Origin: Polyangiales bacterium
GTDB lineage: Bacteria > Myxococcota_A > Polyangia > Polyangiales > Polyangiaceae
NCBI GenBank assembly: GCA_038231275.1
Contig: JBBRLQ010000032.1
Coordinates: 21,042 to 85,041, forward strand
Direction of reading: 5' to 3'
DNA length: 64,000 nucleotides
A program made the translations under genes and the position numbers. Position 1 is the first letter of the stretch. Each line of letters begins with the position of its first letter. Of the stretch, positions 58,960-64,000 are shown in pieces. A model generated the notes under the pieces. It did not search any database. It saw nothing but the letters and a program-made list of their open reading frames with translations, and was not told the DNA's origin.

Positions 58960-59352
58960 CTACGGCGGCGCCGGAGTCTCGCGGCGGAAGAGGATCGTCT
59001 TTCCCTCGAGCACGCTCCACTTCATCGTCCGCTCGTCGATGAAGACGAACGTCTGGGGATCGGTGGGGCCGTCGCCGTCGGTCCAGATCGTGACCTGGGT
59101 CTTCTCGTCCGTCTTGACGCGAAACTTTCCGGACTGCTTTCCCTTGGGCGTCGACACGACGATGTTCTCGCCGCGGATGTCGAGCTCGGTGCCGGCCGCG
59201 AACAGATCGGCGGCGGACTGCGCCTCGGCGGACACACCGTCGGCGCTTAGCCCGCGCCAATGCCCTTCGAGGCGCGGCGAGCCCTTGTGGCCGCACGCGA
59301 CCAGCGCGGCGACGGCCGTGACGACGACGGAGGAGAGGAGCGCGCGGTTCAT
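58960..59352 (-). CDS. Small lipoprotein
   Basis: MNRALLSSVVVTAVAALVAC lipobox; LEGHW lipocalin-like start. Confidence 0.72.
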   Translation of the reverse strand: MNRALLSSVVVTAVAALVACGHKGSPRLEGHWRGLSADGVSAEAQSAADLFAAGTELDIRGENIVVSTPKGKQSGKFRVKTDEKTQVTIWTDGDGPTDPQTFVFIDERTMKWSVLEGKTILFRRETPAPP

Positions 59353-59375
59353 CCGGGCCCCGCAGCATACCCGAA

Positions 59376-60650
59376 CTATTTGAGCATGATGGAGACGATG
59401 ATCAGCGCGAGCAGCACCGCGCCGAAAGCGACGCCCGCCCATACCGCCCAGTGCACGCCCTCCCGATCGGGCGGCGGGGGCGGCGGCGTCGGCGGTGGCC
59501 CCCACACGTACGGACGCGGCGGAAGCGGCGGCGCCCACGGAGCCGGCGGCGGTGGGGGATCCATGAGCATCGGTGGCGCGGGCGGCGTCACCGGCAGCGC
59601 CGCCGTCGGCGCCGCGACCGTCCTTGCGATCGGCATTGCTTCGGACGAGGGCATCGCCTGCGTCATCCCGCGCATCGCGCCGCGCGCCTTCGCTGACGGG
59701 ATTTCCAGGGTCGCGGCCGGCCGGGACGCGCCCACCGCCTTCGTCAGCGCGTCCCACATCTGCTCGACGCTCGCGTGGCGGGCGCGCGGGTCGACGGCCA
59801 GCGCCCGCACGAAGACGGCTTCCACCGCGTCGGGCACCGTGGCCCCACGCGTACGAGGGGTCGGCCGGCGCGAACGCTCGGTCGCCTCGACGAGGATTTG
59901 CATCATGTCGCGGCCGTCCACGGGCGGCCGTCCGGTCAGCACCTCCACGAAGACGAGCGCGAACGAGTAGACGTCGGTGTGGAGCCCGGTCGGACCGAGA
60001 CGCGTGTCGAGCTGCTCGGGCGCCGCGTAGAACGGCGTGAACGACATGAACGCCGTCGGGCGCGCCGTCACGTCGTCGCCCATGACGACCTTCGCGATGC
60101 CGAAATCGAGCACCTTCGTCGTCGGCGTCGGCGGCACGTCCCCCGTCTGCGTGAGGAAAAAATTTGCCGGCTTCACGTCCCGGTGCGCGACGTGCTGATG
60201 GTGCGCGGCGATGAGACCGCGCGCCGCCGGCTCGAGGACCGCGATCGTCTCGGCGAGCGTCCGCCCTCCGCGCCCGTCCGCCGTGCGCTCGGCGATGTCC
60301 GTCGCGAGCGACTTACCTTCCAGCCACTCGAGCACGACGAACGGCGCCCACACCCCGCTCGGCGTGTCGAGCGCCCCGAACCCGATCGACCGCACGATGT
60401 TGAGCGACGCCTGCGAGAGCACGTACTGGAGCTTGGCCTCCTCGCGGAATTTCCCCAGCACGATGTTTTGCGTCGCCGGATCGCTCTCTTGCAGCTTCAG
60501 CACCTTGATGGCGACGGGCTGCTCGAACGTGAGGTGGTACCCCTTGTAGACGACGCCGAAGCCGCCGTGGCCCACGACACCGTCGACCCGGTATTGGCCG
60601 TCGAGGATCGCTCCGACGAGGCCAAACTGATCGGACGGGGGACCGGTCAC
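59376..60650 (-). CDS. Ser/Thr protein kinase with Pro-rich linker and C-terminal TM anchor
   Basis: GHGGFGVVY, VAIK, HRDVKPAN, DFG and YAAPE motifs. Confidence 0.93.
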   Translation of the reverse strand: MTGPPSDQFGLVGAILDGQYRVDGVVGHGGFGVVYKGYHLTFEQPVAIKVLKLQESDPATQNIVLGKFREEAKLQYVLSQASLNIVRSIGFGALDTPSGVWAPFVVLEWLEGKSLATDIAERTADGRGGRTLAETIAVLEPAARGLIAAHHQHVAHRDVKPANFFLTQTGDVPPTPTTKVLDFGIAKVVMGDDVTARPTAFMSFTPFYAAPEQLDTRLGPTGLHTDVYSFALVFVEVLTGRPPVDGRDMMQILVEATERSRRPTPRTRGATVPDAVEAVFVRALAVDPRARHASVEQMWDALTKAVGASRPAATLEIPSAKARGAMRGMTQAMPSSEAMPIARTVAAPTAALPVTPPAPPMLMDPPPPPAPWAPPLPPRPYVWGPPPTPPPPPPDREGVHWAVWAGVAFGAVLLALIIVSIMLK

Positions 60651-60696
60651 GCTGCCATTCTAGTGCAACCCCGCCGAGGTCAAACGACTTCTGCTC

Positions 60697-61158
60697 CTAC
60701 CGCAGACGCACGGCGTCAGGGGCGGTCTCGGCGGACACCAGCGACGCGAGCATGTCGTCCGTGAAGCGCTGCAGCTTGTGGGCGTCGTCGACGCAGGCGA
60801 GGCGGGTCGAGCCCTCGCACAGGAGCGTGCCGTCGCGGAGGATGCGGTAGGCGAACCGCAGCGACACGTTGCGGAGCTCGACGAGGCTCGTCTCGATCGT
60901 GAGGATCTCGTCGAAGCGCGCCGGCGCGCGGTAGCGGACGTTGGCGTCGACGACCGGCAAATGTCTTCCCCCCGCCGCCCACGACGCGTAGGTCACACCG
61001 CGCTTGTGCAGCCAATCGACGCGCCCCGCCTCCATGTACGCGAGGTAGTTGCCGTGGTGCACGATGCCCATGAGATCGGTCTCGCAGAAGCGGACGCGCA
61101 GCTCGCACGCGCTGGTCGCGCGCGCGGGATCGAGGACGGGCTCGGACGACGAGGGCAT
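60697..61158 (-). CDS. Acyl-CoA thioesterase (YbgC/FadM hotdog family)
   Basis: VRFCETDLMGIVHHGNYLAYMEAGR motif. Confidence 0.9.
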   Translation of the reverse strand: MPSSSEPVLDPARATSACELRVRFCETDLMGIVHHGNYLAYMEAGRVDWLHKRGVTYASWAAGGRHLPVVDANVRYRAPARFDEILTIETSLVELRNVSLRFAYRILRDGTLLCEGSTRLACVDDAHKLQRFTDDMLASLVSAETAPDAVRLR

Positions 61159-61190
61159 GAGGGGGTGCTCGGTAGGCGAGGTGCGTCAGC

Positions 61191-61871
61191 TCAAGGGGAC
61201 GGCGGGCGCGAGCTCAACGACGGGCGCGAGTAGCCCTCCGGCGCGAGCAGCAGGAACTCTTCGCGATCCGGATCGTAGTCGTAGACCTCGCCGGTCGCGA
61301 TCTTGAACACCCACCCGTTCAGCTCGAGGGTTCCTTTGTTGAGCCGGTCGACGAGGAACGGGTAGCTGCGCAGGTTCTCGAGCTGCACGAGGACGTTCTC
61401 CTCGACGGCCGCCGTCATCCGCGCTTCTCCTTCGAGATCGCCGTAGCGCTCCGCGAGGATCTGCGGAATGCACTGCGCCTCGTCGAGCCATCGCGCCACG
61501 TAGTCCAGGTGCTTTAGGCGTTCGGGGTGCATGATCGCGTCGATCGCGCCGCACTGCGTGTGGCCGCACACGATGATGTTGGTGATCTGAAGCGCCTCGA
61601 CCGCGTACTGGATCGCCGCCGCGACGCCCCCGATGACGCCGCGCTCGACCGACGGCACGATGTTGCCCACGTTTCGGACGATGAAGAGCTCGCCGGGCGC
61701 CGCGCTCGTGATGATTTCGGGCATCACGCGCGAGTCGCTGCACGTGATGAAGAGCGTCTCGGGGCGTTGCCCGGCCGTCGCGAGCTGCTCGAAGAGCCGA
61801 CGGTTCTTGGCGAAGTAGTTGCTCTGGAATTGGTGGATGCCGCGCGCGAGCTTCTGCACGGCCGCGACCAT
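61191..61871 (-). CDS. Beta-class carbonic anhydrase
   Basis: CSDSR, GELFIVRNVGN and HTQCGA motifs. Confidence 0.95.
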   Translation of the reverse strand: MVAAVQKLARGIHQFQSNYFAKNRRLFEQLATAGQRPETLFITCSDSRVMPEIITSAAPGELFIVRNVGNIVPSVERGVIGGVAAAIQYAVEALQITNIIVCGHTQCGAIDAIMHPERLKHLDYVARWLDEAQCIPQILAERYGDLEGEARMTAAVEENVLVQLENLRSYPFLVDRLNKGTLELNGWVFKIATGEVYDYDPDREEFLLLAPEGYSRPSLSSRPPSP

Positions 61872-61910
61872 AGCCCGATTTGTGCCTTTACGAGGCGCCC
61901 CTTCGCCGCC

Positions 61911-62465
61911 ATGGTCCTTCGTGTGGAGAAGAAGCGGCGCCTACCCGTTCTGAACGCCCCTCCGCCGTCCACCGGTGGCGGAGGCGGGGAAGAGGACGAC
62001 GATGCGCGCCCGCCGTGGCACTGGATCGGCTTTGGAACCGTCGCGGTCTTCGCGACGTGGGTGCCGCTCTCGTACGTCGCCGAGCTCGTTCGCGCGCGCG
62101 CGATGGTCGCTTGGATCGGGAGCCCGCAGACGCCCGAGGGGACGGCGGAGGCGATCGCGTCGCTAGGACCCGACGCGCGCGCGAAGCTGGGGCTCGTCCT
62201 CTTTTTCACGCACGGCACGGCGCTCGCCCTCGCCGCGTTCGCGGGCGGGATGCTCGTGGGGCGCTACGCGGGCGCGTCGGCGGGCGTGCGGGAGGCGGCG
62301 CTCGCCGGCCTCATGGCGGCGGTCGTCGCCGCGGTGCTGGCGTGGAGCGGCGTGTCGTGGGTGCCGCTCGTGACGATCGCCGTGGCCACGGCCGCGTCTG
62401 CCGCCGGAGGACGCGTCGGCAAGCGCGCGGCGGTGCGCGCGGGGCTCCTTCCGCCCGCGAATTGA
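61911..62465 (+). CDS. Membrane protein of unknown function
   Basis: KKRRLPVL N-terminus followed by about 4 TM segments; start could be the GTG at 61923. Confidence 0.65.
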   Translation: MVLRVEKKRRLPVLNAPPPSTGGGGGEEDDDARPPWHWIGFGTVAVFATWVPLSYVAELVRARAMVAWIGSPQTPEGTAEAIASLGPDARAKLGLVLFFTHGTALALAAFAGGMLVGRYAGASAGVREAALAGLMAAVVAAVLAWSGVSWVPLVTIAVATAASAAGGRVGKRAAVRAGLLPPAN

Positions 62466-62506
62466 GGGCGCTCCCGTCGCGTGCTACGAACCCGCGGAAG
62501 AAGACG

Positions 62507-63118
62507 ATGCTGTGCCTCAAGGTGCCGAGCGATCCCGCATGGGTAGAGGAGGCGAAGCGCGATCTCGACGCCATCCTCGTCGACCACGCGCACTGTGAGA
62601 TGAAGGCGGCATCGAACGCCCTCTCGCTCGCGATGCGCCCGCCCGCCGACTTCGCGGTCGTCCGCGCGCTGACCGATCTCGCGCGCGAGGAGATCGAGCA
62701 TTTCCAGCGCGTCGTCGACTTCCTCGAGCGCCGCGGCCTGCGCCTGGGGACGCCGCCGGTCGACGCCTACGCGAGCGATCTGCGCCGCGCGGTCAGCGCC
62801 CTCCCTCACGACGCGAAGGCGTCGGGCCTCGTCGATCGGCTCCTCGTGGCGGCGCTGATCGAGGCGCGTTCGTGCGAGCGCTTCAAGCTCCTCCTGCCGG
62901 TTCTCGAGACGCAGGGCGACGACGAGCTTCTTGCATTCTACAAAGAGCTCTTCGCCGCCGAGGCACGGCACTATCAGGTCCTCGTGGACCTCGCGATCTC
63001 CGCGACCGGTGGCGACGCGGCGGCCGTCGATGCGCGCCTCGATCTCGTCGCAGCCCGCGAGGCGGAGATCGTCACACGCCTCGCGAAGGGCGACGTCCGC
63101 GGGACGATCCACGGCTGA
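62507..63118 (+). CDS. miaE: tRNA-(ms2io6A37) hydroxylase
   Basis: DHAHCEMKAA, EEIEHF, LIEARSCERF and EARHY motifs. Confidence 0.93.
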   Translation: MLCLKVPSDPAWVEEAKRDLDAILVDHAHCEMKAASNALSLAMRPPADFAVVRALTDLAREEIEHFQRVVDFLERRGLRLGTPPVDAYASDLRRAVSALPHDAKASGLVDRLLVAALIEARSCERFKLLLPVLETQGDDELLAFYKELFAAEARHYQVLVDLAISATGGDAAAVDARLDLVAAREAEIVTRLAKGDVRGTIHG

Positions 63119-63121
63119 CGC

Positions 63122-64000
63122 ATGGACGCGCCGGCCTACCAGGACCTGGCCAAGGTCGACCGTGACGTCGCGCGCGCGAATGCGGCGTTGACGGCGTGGC
63201 GCCGCGACCTCGCGCAGGCCCCCGACGCGCACGAGTCGACGGACCCCCTCGCCGCGGCGCGGCACGTCGCGGGGCAGAGCGCGTACGTCGCGGTCAGAGG
63301 CGACCCCTCCGCGGGCGGGGGCGACGCGCTCCTGCGGGAAGGGCTGGCGCGCTGGGTCGCCCATCTGACGCTCGCGCGCATCGGGCGCGAGCTCGACGTC
63401 GATGTCGCGCGCGCTGAGGCCGCCGCGGAGGCGCCGTACGCGTTGGCCCCCGCGCCCGGGCGCCTCGTCGGTTTCCGGGAGGCGATGCGCGCGCTGCCGC
63501 TCGCCGAGACGAGGGCCGAGGTGGACGCGTGGCTGGACGCGGCGGCGGCGCGCGCGGGAGCCGTCGGGGCGGCCGTGCGTGAGCGCCGGGCGCGTCGCGA
63601 GGAGGCGGCGATACGACTCGGTGCCGAGGGGACGTGGGCGCTCGCGACGCGTGTGCCTCGCGCGGCGGTCAACGGCGAGTGCGAGCGTTTCCTCGGCGCG
63701 ACGCGCACGCTCGCGGCCGACGTCCTCAAAGAGGCGCGCACGAAGGCCGACGCAAAGGGCTCGCGCTCTCCGTTCGACGCGCTCGCGATCGGCGTCGCGC
63801 GCGACGCGCCGGAGGGGTGGCCGTCGCGCCTGCAGCCGCGTTGGCTCTTGGAGCTCTTTCCGCGCCTTGGTGACGGGCTTCGCATCGAGCTCGGCGCGCT
63901 CCCCGCGGCGGCCGGCGCGTCGAGCTTCGCGCGCGCGCTCGGCGCGTATGGCTTCGCGCTTCGAATCGCCGGACCGTCGCCGAGCCTCCCGTTCGCGCTC
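63122..64000 (+). CDS. Ala-rich protein of unknown function (open at the right edge)
   Basis: ATG 3 nt after the miaE stop; GC3-biased frame MDAPAYQDLAKVDRDVARA...; the ORF track lists no stop-terminated ORF in this frame. Confidence 0.7.
   Translation, partial: MDAPAYQDLAKVDRDVARANAALTAWRRDLAQAPDAHESTDPLAAARHVAGQSAYVAVRGDPSAGGGDALLREGLARWVAHLTLARIGRELDVDVARAEAAAEAPYALAPAPGRLVGFREAMRALPLAETRAEVDAWLDAAAARAGAVGAAVRERRARREEAAIRLGAEGTWALATRVPRAAVNGECERFLGATRTLAADVLKEARTKADAKGSRSPFDALAIGVARDAPEGWPSRLQPRWLLELFPRLGDGLRIELGALPAAAGASSFARALGAYGFALRIAGPSPSLPFAL

Overview
Very GC-rich bacterial DNA with clear myxobacterial hallmarks: a MYXO-CTERM tail, AgmX/PglI-type domains, Ser/Thr kinases, a CglB-like VWA lipoprotein and many Cys-rich lipoproteins. 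A Sorangiineae-like host is inferred. The window holds about 50 genes, one tRNA-Ser(GGA) and two apparent pseudogenes. I saw no CRISPR array, integrase or transposase. The main result is a tightly coupled 8-gene operon (7367-16992). It joins glycogen synthase to two ATP-grasp ligases, a GCS2 ligase-CBS fusion, two alpha/beta-hydrolases (one with a CBM48/Fes-like N-domain), an S51-like peptidase and an M14 deacylase. Two more paralogous ATP-grasp genes lie at 23829-26284. Together these are a candidate write/erase system for amino-acid or peptide decoration of alpha-glucan, or for a glycogen-linked N-storage peptide. Other notable items are a cytochrome-cytochrome-porin operon whose beta-barrel carries a CxxCH motif, a >968-aa secreted protein missed by the ORF track, a recurrent -10 box 6-8 nt before start codons (suggesting leaderless mRNAs), several sigma-54 promoters, a multi-hairpin intergenic element, an AT-rich tandem operator and a decayed chemotaxis/FHA region. 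All product calls come from motif recognition by eye; no database searches were run.
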